A stretch of 64,000 nucleotides of DNA from Pseudogymnoascus verrucosus (taxonomy: Eukaryota), in the NCBI GenBank assembly GCA_001662655.1, contig KV460227.1. One strand, given 5' to 3'. A model generated the notes under the pieces. It did no database searches and was not told the DNA's origin. It saw only the letters and a list, made by a program, of their open reading frames with translations. Position 1 is the first letter of the stretch. Every line of letters starts with the position of its first letter. This document shows positions 49,255 through 61,362 of the stretch, one piece after another. The translations under genes were made by a program, and so were the position numbers.

Positions 49255-49459
49255 TTCCCAGTACTCCATTTCCCAGCACTTTATTTCCCAGTGCTCCAGT
49301 TCCCAGCGCTCCAGTTCCCAATGCTACAGTTCCCAATGCTACAGTTCCTAATGCTCCAGTTCCCAATGCTACAGTTCCCAATGCTACAATTCCCAGTACT
49401 CCATTTCCCAGTACTCCATTTCCCAGTGCTCCAGTTCCCAATGCTCCAGTTCCCAGCCG
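49255..49459. repeat. 15-bp minisatellite (TTCCCA[AG]TGCT[CA]CAG), 13 full copies plus a partial one
   Basis: Exact 15-bp periodicity from 49255. Confidence 0.95.
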
Positions 49460-49465
49460 TGTAGT

Positions 49466-49637
49466 TCTCATTTTTCGGCACAGGCCGTATCCAACACACC
49501 AAGACATTAACTGTTATACATATAACTCCAATTATCCAAATCGACTTGTCGTACTGCGTCCCGTTGTATCGAAAGATGATGCTAAATATGATGCCCCCAA
49601 GATTTCCTGCAGCCCCAACAGTGCCTGACACGATACC
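49466..49637 (-). pseudogene. Orphan C-terminal fragment of an NrtA/CrnA-type high-affinity nitrate transporter
   Basis: [24 protein letters not shown]...SIWIIGVI...WIRPVPK resembles the last two TMs and nitrate signature of fungal NRT2 proteins. The upstream part is replaced by the right direct repeat. Confidence 0.75.
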
Positions 49638-49638
49638 T

Positions 49639-50167
49639 GGTAAGCACGCCAACCCGGTATCCGCTAATCCACTTATCATCGGAACCGTTTCCTTCAACCG
49701 TCGGTTCCGACAATTAATCCGACAAATTAATCCGACAATTCCCCCCCGCTAAACCTAACTAATCAAGGTACAGCCCTTACAACCCTTACTGCCCCTCTTT
49801 CCCCCATCTCACCGCCCAATCCGAATGCAGCGGGAACTGCCAATCGCGATACGGATATCCCGTACCGCAGTGTTGTTCCAGTTTGTACCACCCAATACAA
49901 AATTACTACTGTGGGTACTTATCCAGGTCTGGTTATCGCTGATTATCGGATAAGTTGCCCCGCAATGACCTCAACGATAGAAGATGAAGGACAAATCTAT
50001 ACAGAACAACACAGTTACTACTATCAGGTATGCCGTCATACGAAAGGGGTTACATACATGCTAGACTGCTTCATAATATGCATAATGGCTTACTATGAAC
50101 GCCACGGCGTAAATCTGTAAATATAACTAGGAAATGATCGTCAAACTGCCGTTGCGGAGGGCTGATC
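49639..50167 (+). repeat. Right ~529 bp direct repeat, less mutated copy
   Basis: Colinear with 36293-36804. Contains internal inverted repeat tcggaaccg...cggttccga and small tandem duplications (aattaatccgaca; cccttac). Confidence 0.93.
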
Positions 50168-50773
50168 TCCTTTGGCTTCGTCTCCCCCGCTTGACCCCTC
50201 TTTGGCTCCATTTTGCTGCGTTTATGCCACGCCGTGAAGTAAACACAGGACACGCTGCAGAAGACCGGCAGAATACAGCAAATACAGGCAAGATATCAAC
50301 AACATCATTTTCCGTCTTCTAGTAAAACATTGTAGAATACAAGCACCTACAAAAACATACCACGCATACAGCATCAAATGCAGAATCTAACGCACCATCC
50401 ATGTCGCATCTTCTCACTCCGGTGCCTTAGAACTTGGTACTTCATCCGGTACTGTAACTGAATGTAACGGAATGTAACTGAACGCGGTCCAGTAGGAGTT
50501 ACTAGTGCAACGCCACATCTCCCCCCAAAACCTGACTAAACCGCTTACTACCACCACAGCAACAAGCCCACTGCGTCATCATCTACCCCACCGGCCATAT
50601 TAACCCCCTCCATTTATATATTCCCCTCTCTTCTCCCACAGATCCGAATCTCTTCTCTTCTTCATATTCAACTTCCATTATCCCCCCAGTCAACAGCTTC
50701 AACTCACACATACAACCTCTTCCTCCAATCACCTTCCACTACTACCTTCACTACCCTTCAACAAACCTTCAAG

Positions 50774-51838
<1,065 letters not shown>

Positions 51839-53591
51839 ATGAGTGATGATGGTGGGTTATGGGAATTTTATATATGGATATGATGGATGGATGGGGAGGG
51901 GAGCCAAGGCCTACGGGCGTGTGCTGAGGGATGGATGGATAGCAAATAGAGAATGATCTTGGTAGGATGTGGAATAAAAGCCAATTGATCCCCCCAATGA
52001 ATTTTTACGTGCTGGGTATGTGAAGTTGGAGGGTGATGATGGATAGCTAACTATGTGCTTCCTATTCTCACTTGAGATAAGTCTCGGCCGCCCTCAATCC
52101 TACACGAATGTCGAGAGTGCCCGGTGGGTATAAATACAACGCCAAACTCCCCCTTGACGTTTCTTCCTCACAGCTACAATATATTGGTTTGATTGCGGCT
52201 AGCGGAATTCGAATCGACATAAAACGTTTGAACCAGGTCGTATAGATCATTTCAGGCGGCGGGCTGTCTCGTGGAAAGTTCGGGTTCAGATTCGGTGGGC
52301 TCGTGCTGGTGCTGGTGCTGGTGCTGGTTCTGATTCCGGAATTGTTGATGTTGTTGCTGTCGAGTAGTTCTCACCGTCAACCAATGATTTTGTCGTTTAC
52401 GCATGCTGTTGTGGGCTTTTCTGTCGCCGAACAGAAGGGGAACGTTTTCGCCGGAGACTTCTCACACTGGCCTGCTCGGTGGATCGTCCCTGTACCCGAC
52501 GATCTGTGTTGTCCTCTTTCCACCCTATGACTTGCGGTATAATATATCTTCTGTGCAGAACTGGGGGTTTTATAGGCTGGTGGGTGGATTGGTGGTTTGC
52601 GGAAGTGGTTGTCATATATGTCACTGATATGTGAATAGATGGGGGCAAAACTCGGAGGTATGGATATATCTGTTTACAGTTCCTCTTCGAGGTACGTCTT
52701 TTCCACAACTCCCCCGCTCGAAGAGGATATATGAAGGCAGGTGAGTATGTCAGCGAGGAGCAGCACAGATAGACCCGTCAGACTAATAATCATGGGTTAT
52801 ATAGTGGTCGTGAGGGAGGAAGCGGCGCTATCAAAACTTTCGTCCCAATCATAGATGAGGAAGAGGCGCAAAGGAAGAGTATGAATAGAGTCCGGGAAAG
52901 AGGAAAAATAATTCCGTATTTCGATGGATGACGAGGTAGTGGTTTGGAGGGCTCTCGGTGTCGCGCTGTTGTCACCAGGCCGCTGTCACCGAGGATGCTG
53001 CAACCAGATGTTTTTGTCACCGAGACACATTCCAAATCTTGTTGTCGCCCCGAGGTTCGCTGGCTGTCAGTCGTAATATTCAGACTTGGATTCGATTGTT
53101 AACGCCCTCGGCAGCGATATCTATCAACGGCTTCTACAAACCGTACTGGGATGCCATGTAATCGTCATCAAGGTAGCCATTCTCGTCTATGCGCATCATT
53201 GCAACATACTGTGAACTATTTATACCCCCATCAATACTGTTCTAACTGTCTTTTGAGGCTAGTTCCCAAGACAAAAATGAAACCACGTGATATCGTGTCA
53301 CTAACGCGGTGCTGCCTTCCCTTGCTCTCACAAAAGCCAAAGGGTCACAATTGAACCCCGCGTGACAATAGCCACCATGCACTCTTTTACCCTGAGCCCT
53401 TGCTCTGCTCAAATTACCGCCAGCACATGAACTTCATCTCCAGGCTACAACGACAAACAGATCAAGAAGCACAGAATGAAGTTGACGCGATAGACACGCC
53501 GAGTGACAGAATTTTGTCGCGTTCTCTGCGTGTATGCAAGTCATCGCCGCGACGCAAGGGTGGCACTGACCACTCACACTTCCCGCGATCG

Positions 53592-56500
53592 ATGGCGGCC
53601 ACGACCAGCAAGGCTGGAGATCCATGTTTCTCAACCTCACAACCACTCGCACTCTGGCAAGACGGGCCATTGCACGTAACGGCTGGGTCCGAATCGCTTG
53701 ATACTCAGCTTATAAGGAATCTTCAGGAAAAACACCTCTTGGACGACTCTCAGGTTGCTTTTCTGTCGGTAGCCGTGCCTACTGTGCCTCGGCTGGAACA
53801 CGTCTTTTCACAGCCTTCTCAGGTACTTGTCGACAGGGAACCGGCGATTGATGGGCAAAGTGGTGGAAGAGAGGATACTCGGACGTCGGATATTGTTGAT
53901 TTTGGCTCCTTGCTCGAGACCCAAGCACGACGCGCGAGCACTGCGGGGAATGAAGATGGACAGGACGAAACCAGCTTGAACAGAGATCGGCCCAACAAGG
54001 AAGAATTGCATCGAAAGAAAGGCGAACCTGTGTCTATAACGACTGATAAAGATAAGGCCCTGAATCGCCGCGACGACAAACACCAGCCACGACGCGCTGA
54101 GTCACATCGTTCCGGAGAAAAATCCAATGACTCCAAGCAATCACCACGAACATACACCCAACGCTCTGCGACAAGCACCACCAAGCATGGGAAGAGCCTG
54201 AATAGGCCCACGAAACACAGCATGGATGACTGGCAGCCATCAGACGCCAATCTCGGCGAACCAGATGGCTCTCCCACACAGAAGAATAATAGCCTTGCTT
54301 ATGGCGATATGCATATGCCTTCCTCGTCTCCTGTGCCTGGTCACGATGATGAACTCCCTTTGCAAACGAATCTGGATCCCACAGCCTCTGCGAGGAGTTA
54401 CGACGAGAATGAAGCAGGCGGCGTACGCTTCTCCTTCACGACGAGCAAAGTACATGCGCCAATAAACCGCGAATCTTCTATAGGAATAGATGAGGGGTTC
54501 ACGGTCCACGAAGCGCCTATGCAATTAGAGCCGGAGACGCCTGCCCCGCCTGAAAACCCATTTGCGAAGTCGAAACCACCCTTGCAAGGGACACAGTTAT
54601 TCAATAACACACAATCGTCTCCGGTAGACCCTCATGTCTTGGAGTCTGGGTCATCTAGGCCTTCACCGGGCATGTTTGGTTTCGGGGTGCAGTCGTCGCG
54701 AAATCGCGTCCTGTCGTCAGTCACCGACCGCTTTCAGCAGGCTTCATACCATCCTCCTGGAGACCTCTCATCTCCTCTACTACATCACGCGAAATCATCT
54801 GCTACAAATCGCTCTCGCGATAATGAAGCGGCCGGCCATGGCCACCGTCTTCTTGACTTCACCTCTCCGCTATACCACCATGGCAGCAAGACACCAGCTA
54901 GCGTAAGTTACCGTGGGCACATCCCAGTTACTCACGAAACGCCGGTTCAGCGAACCTCAAAAAGCTTTCAGCACCGAGCAATCAGCTTCAAAGGGTCAGA
55001 GCCGCATGAATATGTCAGTCGCGAAGAGTCTCAACAACGCCGCTTGCAAAAGCAAGCACAAGCCGAGGCCGACAGCGATAGTGAGGAGGATTCGTTTGAG
55101 AGAGAGCAAGCAATTCGTGCCAAGCAAAGGAAAATGAGAGAGGATGCTGCCAAAGAGCTTGCGCAAGTATCTGTGACCCGCGCGCCGAAGGAGGAAGAGG
55201 AGGAGGAGGAAGAAGTCGAGGTACCAGCAACTGGCCAGAAGCGGCGGAGCGTATCTCAGGAATACGTCGCACAGTGTTACGGCGCTGATGCGAGGGATAC
55301 CCAGACCAGTACCCAAATTCGGGTCTCTATAAAGACAGATGAGAACGACCAGGGTGACACTCAGGCAGATACCCAAGCAGAGATGACTATTGTCGATTCA
55401 CAAATTCCAATCGCGGCCCCTGTTGACAGTCCATCTCCCAGTGACAGGTCATCAAGGCTAGAAAAAGGCCCCATACCTTCGAACGGCGGTTTCAATTTGA
55501 CCAACCAGTCAAACACTCCGTCTACTGACCCCAAACCTCAAGAGAACGAGGTGTTACCACCCTTACCCGCCCTTGGAAACAACTCAGATACCGAATCTGC
55601 ACATCGAGAAAGCTCCATGTCCCCAAAAACGCGTGTACCTCGCACATCCAGCGGTCGATTTGGCAAGAGTGGTCTGCCTCAAACGCCTGGTCGCCTTTCA
55701 CAGGTTGTCGCCATGCCTGCATCTACTGTTGAGGACATGGTCCCTGAGACGAGCCCAGCCAAATCAGACTATAAGCTTTTTGATATGGATGACTCCCCGG
55801 AGCCTTCTTTGGTCTCTATTGGTGGTCTTGGTTTTACCCAGGATGACCCGGAGTACGATGCGATTGCGAGCCCCATCAGAGACCTTGCTATGAAACGCGG
55901 GGTGAAGGTCGGTCTAGCCAAGGCAGTCAAGTCTAATATGGCCGCTTCCAAAAATGTCGCGATTTCAAAGAAATCACGGGTCGTATTTTCTGGGGAATCA
56001 GCTATGAGCTCTAGTCTACCTTTGATTCCTTCTATCAAACCCAATCTCGAAGCACCTTCGCAGAAAGTCCCGTCGTCGGCAGACAATTTGCAGAGCGCCG
56101 ATGTGGATGCTGCTGATTCATCGCCAGTGAGGCCTGCTGCCCGACGCGCCGCAAGGAAAGCTCGTCAATCTTCTGGTGTTATGTTTGATACCAAGCAGGT
56201 GCCCAGAGAAAGTCAAGGCAGCGAAGATGACGTGGTTATGGTTACTGCGCAAAAGTTGGTATCGCCGATTCGCCAGTCAATTGAGACTGGAGGGAACGCT
56301 CTCACAGACGAGACGGAGCTACTTCCGTGCCCGTTTTATAGCGCCGATAAGCAGTGTAATATGAAGGACCATCAGGCTTATTATCACGACGAAGAGATTC
56401 GGCAGATGTATTTGAGAAAACATCGGCCAACTGCTCCCATAACATCCAGTGGCATAGCCAGTTCCACCGGGTCAAAAGATTCGGTATCTCTGCCGTCCAC

Positions 56501-58094
56501 ACAACATAGTGGCATGGCTGGGGAAATATCATCTCATCTCCCAACTGCAGCGAATTTGAAGTCGTCGGAAAATATATCTACACACGCTACTCCTAATGGA
56601 TCGAATCTTCGGCGCTCCACCAGCTCGTCTCTCTCTGAACTGCCATCGGAGTATGACAATGATGAGTTCTTCACTGCTGTCATGGAGACTAGCAATACTC
56701 GAGGCCGTGAAGGTAGTAGCAAGTCGACAGATACATCTGCAGATACGAGTGGTAATGGAACCCCTGCGCGAGAATCTGCGGAATCAATGCCGCCGCCTAC
56801 TGTCAGGCGTAAACTATCATTTCCTCAGGGACCGCTCACGGCTAGCCAAACGAAGTCTAGAAATGAAGTATTACACAGTAGCAAGGCAGTTGAAGCAGCT
56901 GGAAAGGCAAAGCTCGGTGCAAAGAGCTCCCGTAGCAACTCCAGAGCGTCACGGAGTACTATTAGCACCACCGACTTGTCTGAGGACGATAGTAGTATTG
57001 TAGTGGAACGGACACCAGCCCGTCCTCAGCGCCCGGCTCGCTCCACACGCCGAGCCTCCATAAACTATGATACCGAATCCGACAGTTCCAAATCCAGCTC
57101 CCCAGATATCCTCACCAAAGGTCCCCCAACCGTTCCCAAAGCCACTCATCTTCAAAAGGTCACCAACCCAACCCTCTTCGCCAACATGGCCTTTGCTATC
57201 TCCTACAAAGGCGACACGGCACAAGACATCTCCGACCGCACAGCCGTCACGCGCCTCATCAAATCCCACGGCGGCCGCCTCCTCGATGGCTTCAATGACC
57301 TCTTTACTGATGGTCCCACCTCCCTCCTCACCACCCCTTCCACAGCGACGAAGCAGCCGCTACCCCCGCTCAAACATAAACAGAAACAGATTGGCGAGCT
57401 GGCCCTCGCACCTGGTGCGCAGGATCTTGGCTTCGTAGCCTTCATCGGTGACCACTACACGCGTAAATCCAAGTTCGTGCAGGCGCTCGCACTGGGTCTC
57501 CCTTGTCTCTCCGGGCGCTGGGTCACTACTTGCGTAGCGCGCGGCAGGATCGTGCCGTTCCTGCCGTTCTTGCTCGCGGCGGGGGAATCGTCGTACCTCG
57601 GAGGCGCGGTGCGGAGTCGCCTGTTAGCGCCTTATGATCCGTCGACTGCGCGGTTTGAGGAGACGTTTGCGCGAAGGGAGAAGCTGCTTGGCGGAAAGCG
57701 AGTCATTTTCCTGATGGGTCGCGGAAAGGCGGAGGAGCGAAAGAAGGCGTATCTCTTTTTGACAAGGGCGTTGGGTGCGGGTGAGGTGAGGCGGGTAGCG
57801 AGTGTGAAGGAGGCGAGGGAGGTGGTGGAAAAAGGTGGTGGTTGGGATTTGGTGTATGTGGATGATGATCGGAAGGTTGCTGGTGCCGAGGCCGAGATTC
57901 TGGGTGTGGTGGAGGCTACTGCGAAAGCGAAGGGGAAGGCCAAGGGAAAAGCGGGGAAAAGGAAGAGGGGTGAGGAAGTGGAAGATGAGAAGGCCGGGTC
58001 GGAGCAGGGGGGTGAGAGGAAGAAGGTTAGAGTTGTGGGAGATGAGTTTGTGGTGCAGAGTCTTATCTTGGGGTGTTTGATGGATGAGGAATAG
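53592..58094 (+). CDS. Rad9/Crb2/53BP1-like DNA damage checkpoint mediator with C-terminal tandem BRCT (start uncertain)
   Basis: Long disordered region with S/T-Q clusters (DTQ, STQ, DSQ). BRCT motifs LFANMAFAISY, RKSKFVQALALGLPCLSGRWVTTC and EFVVQSLILG. Confidence 0.8.
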   Translation: MAATTSKAGDPCFSTSQPLALWQDGPLHVTAGSESLDTQLIRNLQEKHLLDDSQVAFLSVAVPTVPRLEHVFSQPSQVLVDREPAIDGQSGGREDTRTSDIVDFGSLLETQARRASTAGNEDGQDETSLNRDRPNKEELHRKKGEPVSITTDKDKALNRRDDKHQPRRAESHRSGEKSNDSKQSPRTYTQRSATSTTKHGKSLNRPTKHSMDDWQPSDANLGEPDGSPTQKNNSLAYGDMHMPSSSPVPGHDDELPLQTNLDPTASARSYDENEAGGVRFSFTTSKVHAPINRESSIGIDEGFTVHEAPMQLEPETPAPPENPFAKSKPPLQGTQLFNNTQSSPVDPHVLESGSSRPSPGMFGFGVQSSRNRVLSSVTDRFQQASYHPPGDLSSPLLHHAKSSATNRSRDNEAAGHGHRLLDFTSPLYHHGSKTPASVSYRGHIPVTHETPVQRTSKSFQHRAISFKGSEPHEYVSREESQQRRLQKQAQAEADSDSEEDSFEREQAIRAKQRKMREDAAKELAQVSVTRAPKEEEEEEEEVEVPATGQKRRSVSQEYVAQCYGADARDTQTSTQIRVSIKTDENDQGDTQADTQAEMTIVDSQIPIAAPVDSPSPSDRSSRLEKGPIPSNGGFNLTNQSNTPSTDPKPQENEVLPPLPALGNNSDTESAHRESSMSPKTRVPRTSSGRFGKSGLPQTPGRLSQVVAMPASTVEDMVPETSPAKSDYKLFDMDDSPEPSLVSIGGLGFTQDDPEYDAIASPIRDLAMKRGVKVGLAKAVKSNMAASKNVAISKKSRVVFSGESAMSSSLPLIPSIKPNLEAPSQKVPSSADNLQSADVDAADSSPVRPAARRAARKARQSSGVMFDTKQVPRESQGSEDDVVMVTAQKLVSPIRQSIETGGNALTDETELLPCPFYSADKQCNMKDHQAYYHDEEIRQMYLRKHRPTAPITSSGIASSTGSKDSVSLPSTQHSGMAGEISSHLPTAANLKSSENISTHATPNGSNLRRSTSSSLSELPSEYDNDEFFTAVMETSNTRGREGSSKSTDTSADTSGNGTPARESAESMPPPTVRRKLSFPQGPLTASQTKSRNEVLHSSKAVEAAGKAKLGAKSSRSNSRASRSTISTTDLSEDDSSIVVERTPARPQRPARSTRRASINYDTESDSSKSSSPDILTKGPPTVPKATHLQKVTNPTLFANMAFAISYKGDTAQDISDRTAVTRLIKSHGGRLLDGFNDLFTDGPTSLLTTPSTATKQPLPPLKHKQKQIGELALAPGAQDLGFVAFIGDHYTRKSKFVQALALGLPCLSGRWVTTCVARGRIVPFLPFLLAAGESSYLGGAVRSRLLAPYDPSTARFEETFARREKLLGGKRVIFLMGRGKAEERKKAYLFLTRALGAGEVRRVASVKEAREVVEKGGGWDLVYVDDDRKVAGAEAEILGVVEATAKAKGKAKGKAGKRKRGEEVEDEKAGSEQGGERKKVRVVGDEFVVQSLILGCLMDEE

Positions 58095-58464
58095 ACTTCC
58101 TCCTGGCGCGTACCCTGCGGAGGCCATGTACAGATAATGGGGCATTATTAGGCGCGGGATCTGGCATCAGTTACTACCTACTACTGTACTGTACTACTCG
58201 CATATGTGGGAAGGAGGGGTGGGCGGGGATACCACTTGCTTCGGCGTTGGGAATATTGCTATTATGTAGCTTTGCTGCGTTGCTAGATTGGTAGCATGCA
58301 TAGGTGTATCAATATATAGGCAAGATATGCCTAAAATCACAGCACTATTGCATTCAGTTTACAAAACGAGTCCGTGCTGGGTAATAATGATGATTAAGCT
58401 TTTATCCTATTACAATACCTCAGGTGCGGTGGACAGAGTAGTCAGTCCACCCATAATTACAAAT

Positions 58465-61362
58465 CTACTGGTCAACCTCGACAGTGAAGTCAGCGCTCAG
58501 TCCCTTGCCAACCTGGACAACCACAGCTCCCGAAGTAGCCGTAACCGCAGTCTTGCTCGCAACGCCATTAACCTTGCATCCCTTGCCCTTGCCACCGCCT
58601 CCACCGAGGTTCAGTCCAAGGAAGGTAACCTGTCTAATCTGCACCTTGGAAGCATATCCGTAGCTTCCCTTAACCTTGAGGGTCTTGCCATCATACACGA
58701 ACTTCAAGCTGGTCGTGCCCTTCTGGACAAGGCTAATACCGTCATCGAGGTACAGCTCTCCCTCGGCCTTTCCGTTGGCACCGATGGCGACGATGAGCTC
58801 GAAATCGTTCTTGCGGAGCGCGGTGGTGGTCATGGCGCTCTCGACGCGCTGGGCGATGATGGCGCCGCCGCGGTAGTGGAGGGGGATATCGGAGGTGCTC
58901 AGGTTCTCGATGAGGACGCGCTTGCCCTGGCCCTGGACCTTGGCGTGGGTGTAGAAGTCGTAGAAGATGTCCTTGGGGAGGTAGGCGGAGACGGAGGTGG
59001 AGTCCTCCTCGATGACGGGGCTGACGAGGATGCCGGGGCCGAAGAAGTATTGGGTCTCGATGCCGAAGGTGTTGGCGTCGTTGGGGTAGAGGTAGAAGAG
59101 CGGGCTGACGAGCGGGGTGCCGTCGAGGGTCTGGCGGTGGAGAGCGGTGTAGATGTAATCGAGCAGGCGGTAACGGATGTCGATTGCCTTGCGGGCAGCC
59201 TCGGCGACGCTGTCCCAGCGGTAGAACTCCTGCGGGATCTGGGGGATGTAGCCGTTGTGGTTGCGGTAGAAGGGAGCGAAGGCGCCGAGCATGGCCCAGC
59301 GGGCGCAGAGCTTCTCGTTGGTGTCGTCGGCGAAACCGCACACGTCGGAGCCGACCATGGGGACTTGGTAGACGGAGGCGAAGGCGAGCATGCCTCTGAT
59401 GGTGATGCGGTATCCGAGCCACGAGCTGACGTTGTCACCGAGCCACTTGCCGACCTTGGTTCCGGCGCCGGCAAAGGTGCTGCGGGTAATGATCAGAGGG
59501 CGCTCGGTGGGGCGGCGGAACTGCATGGCCTCGCGGGAGGCGACGGACATCACTGGACTTGGTTAGCTGGTGTTTGGGTTTATGAGCTGGGGGGGACATA
59601 CTTGAGCCGTAGAGGTTGTGAGTGTCGTACATGGCAAGACCGTTGGCGTGGATGACATCGGTGTTGACGGTGTGGTTGGAGATACCACCGCCGGCTGCGT
59701 TATCCTCAACTGTGTATGCCGCTACGTTGTGGATGGCGTACTTGGGGTACAGTAAGTCTCTGCCTGGGAGGCCAAGTTGCTGTCCAGCTGCCTGGCGCTC
59801 GACCTTGGATGATGACACAACTGGGGCCTCGATTGCGCGTCTCTCCTTGGACGCTGTGCATGGTGTTCCCTCGGGTTGGAAATCACATGGGAAACCTGGA
59901 AGCGCTCTGGGTGGCAGGCGCACTGCTGGTGCCTCAGGAGGAAATCCAACGGCGGCAGCAAATGGGTTGTCACAAGGGAAGTTGCAAGGGAAGTTAGAGG
60001 GCTCGTTCATATCAATCCACAGACCGTCAATGTTGACTCCGTCGACGGCAAAGAAAGAAGCAAACTCGTTGTTCCACCAGTCCTGGACACCGGTATGGAA
60101 CCAATCGGGGAAGACCGAAACACCAGGCCACACAACGCCCAACCAGTCGGATCCATTGTCGCGCTTAAGGAAGATATCATCTGCAACACCGCTGTGGTAT
60201 GGCGGGTAATCTTGGTAGGCGACAGCCGGGTCCACCATAACAATCTGCTTCTGGTCGCGGGCATGGAGATAATCGTTAATCGCCTGCATCTTCTTGAGAG
60301 GGAATCGCTCGGGGTCAAGCGAGAAGACCCTTCTTCTGTCCATGTAGTCGATATCGGTCCACATTGTCTCCAAAGGAATCGCAGCCACGGAGTAGTTGTG
60401 AATCACTTCAGCAACCTCGAAGGCATCCTGGTATCCGTATCGGCAATTGTGGTAACCGAGTCCCCAGTAGGGCATCATGGCGGGCAAGCCCACGACTTCG
60501 GCATACTGCTGTGCAACAGCCACTGGGGTTGGTCCAGCGATGAAGTAGAAGTCCAAGACGCCACCAAGAGTGTTGTACTCCAAGTACTGGTTCTTGCCCT
60601 TGTCGTTGTTGATCTTGATATCCATGCCATTGGAGTTGAGGAAGAAGACACCATGGCTGCCCGTGGTCCTGTGCTCGTAGTAGACGGGGTGGTTTCCGTA
60701 CAAGTTAGCACCGGCTGGGATTCCGTAGGCATCCTGCGACCAGAGAGTGCGGATGTAGTTGGTGGTGTTGAGGCGGAACGAGTCAGAGTGCTCTCCCAGA
60801 CCGTACAAGTTGGGGTTGTTTGGGAGCTTGGTCCTCAGGCGGAGGTACTGGGACTCAAAGACGATGCTTGCGGCAGAAGAATCGAAAAGGACTTCGCCAG
60901 TCTTCGTGCGAACAATGGAGAAGGAGAACGGGTTTGACTTGTACTTGAACTGGATGTTGGACTTGGCCGACTTGATACCAGCCTTTGCCTTGGGGCGCGG
61001 GAGGACGCTCTCTGGGACCTGGTAGACGCTGTTGGCAGCATCTTGAATCTTGACGTGGATGCGGTCATCTTTGTTTACGCGTTAGGAGCCAATTGGGTTG
61101 TACGAGGGTGTCACTGAAACTTACCAGACTGGTACTCGACCTCCAAGGTCAGGCTCTTCAGGTCATCACCGTAGACATTGCAGGCCTTTCCAGCGAGCGT
61201 CAGGTCGGCTGTGATACTCGACTTGCCAACCTTGACGTTTGAGGCCTTGTAACCTGGACATTTTGCCAGAGGGTCGCCATTGGAGGTAGTGCGGTATTCA
61301 ATTGAAGTGGTGGCAGAGACAGCCGCGGCGGCTGCCAACACCCAGGAAAGTGCGACCTTCAT
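58465..61362 (-). CDS. agdC: Secreted GH31 alpha/beta-glucosidase (AgdC-like), 3 exons
   Basis: Signal peptide, [22 protein letters not shown], catalytic WIDMNEP, WLGDN, GSDVCGF, PFYRNH. Introns 61124-61069 and 59601-59553. Confidence 0.9.

Larger units (their letters stand above)
36293..50167. mobile_element. Putative composite, direct-repeat-bounded cassette carrying the ABC transporter and PKS
   Basis: Same-orientation ~515 bp repeats bracket the cargo. No transposase or target-site duplication was found, so mobility is inferred. Confidence 0.5.

Noticed and set aside
49255..49459. CRISPR-like array
   Set aside because: Head-to-tail repeats without unique spacers, no cas genes, eukaryotic context.
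49219..49628. ORFs with FPMLQ / VPNAT / LGTGA repeats as real proteins
   Set aside because: They are translations of the 15-bp minisatellite in several frames.
36293..50167. Starship, LTR retrotransposon or Helitron identity for the cassette
   Set aside because: No tyrosine-recombinase captain, gag/pol or Rep-helicase ORF. The repeats lack TG...CA ends, a CTRR terminus and a visible target-site duplication.
52250..52710. Possible small gene with a (CAGCAC)n tract
   Set aside because: No consistent exon chain or recognisable domain could be built.
58288..60937. Long plus-strand ORFs (455 aa and 353 aa)
   Set aside because: Antisense shadows of the codon-biased GH31 gene; no recognisable domain.
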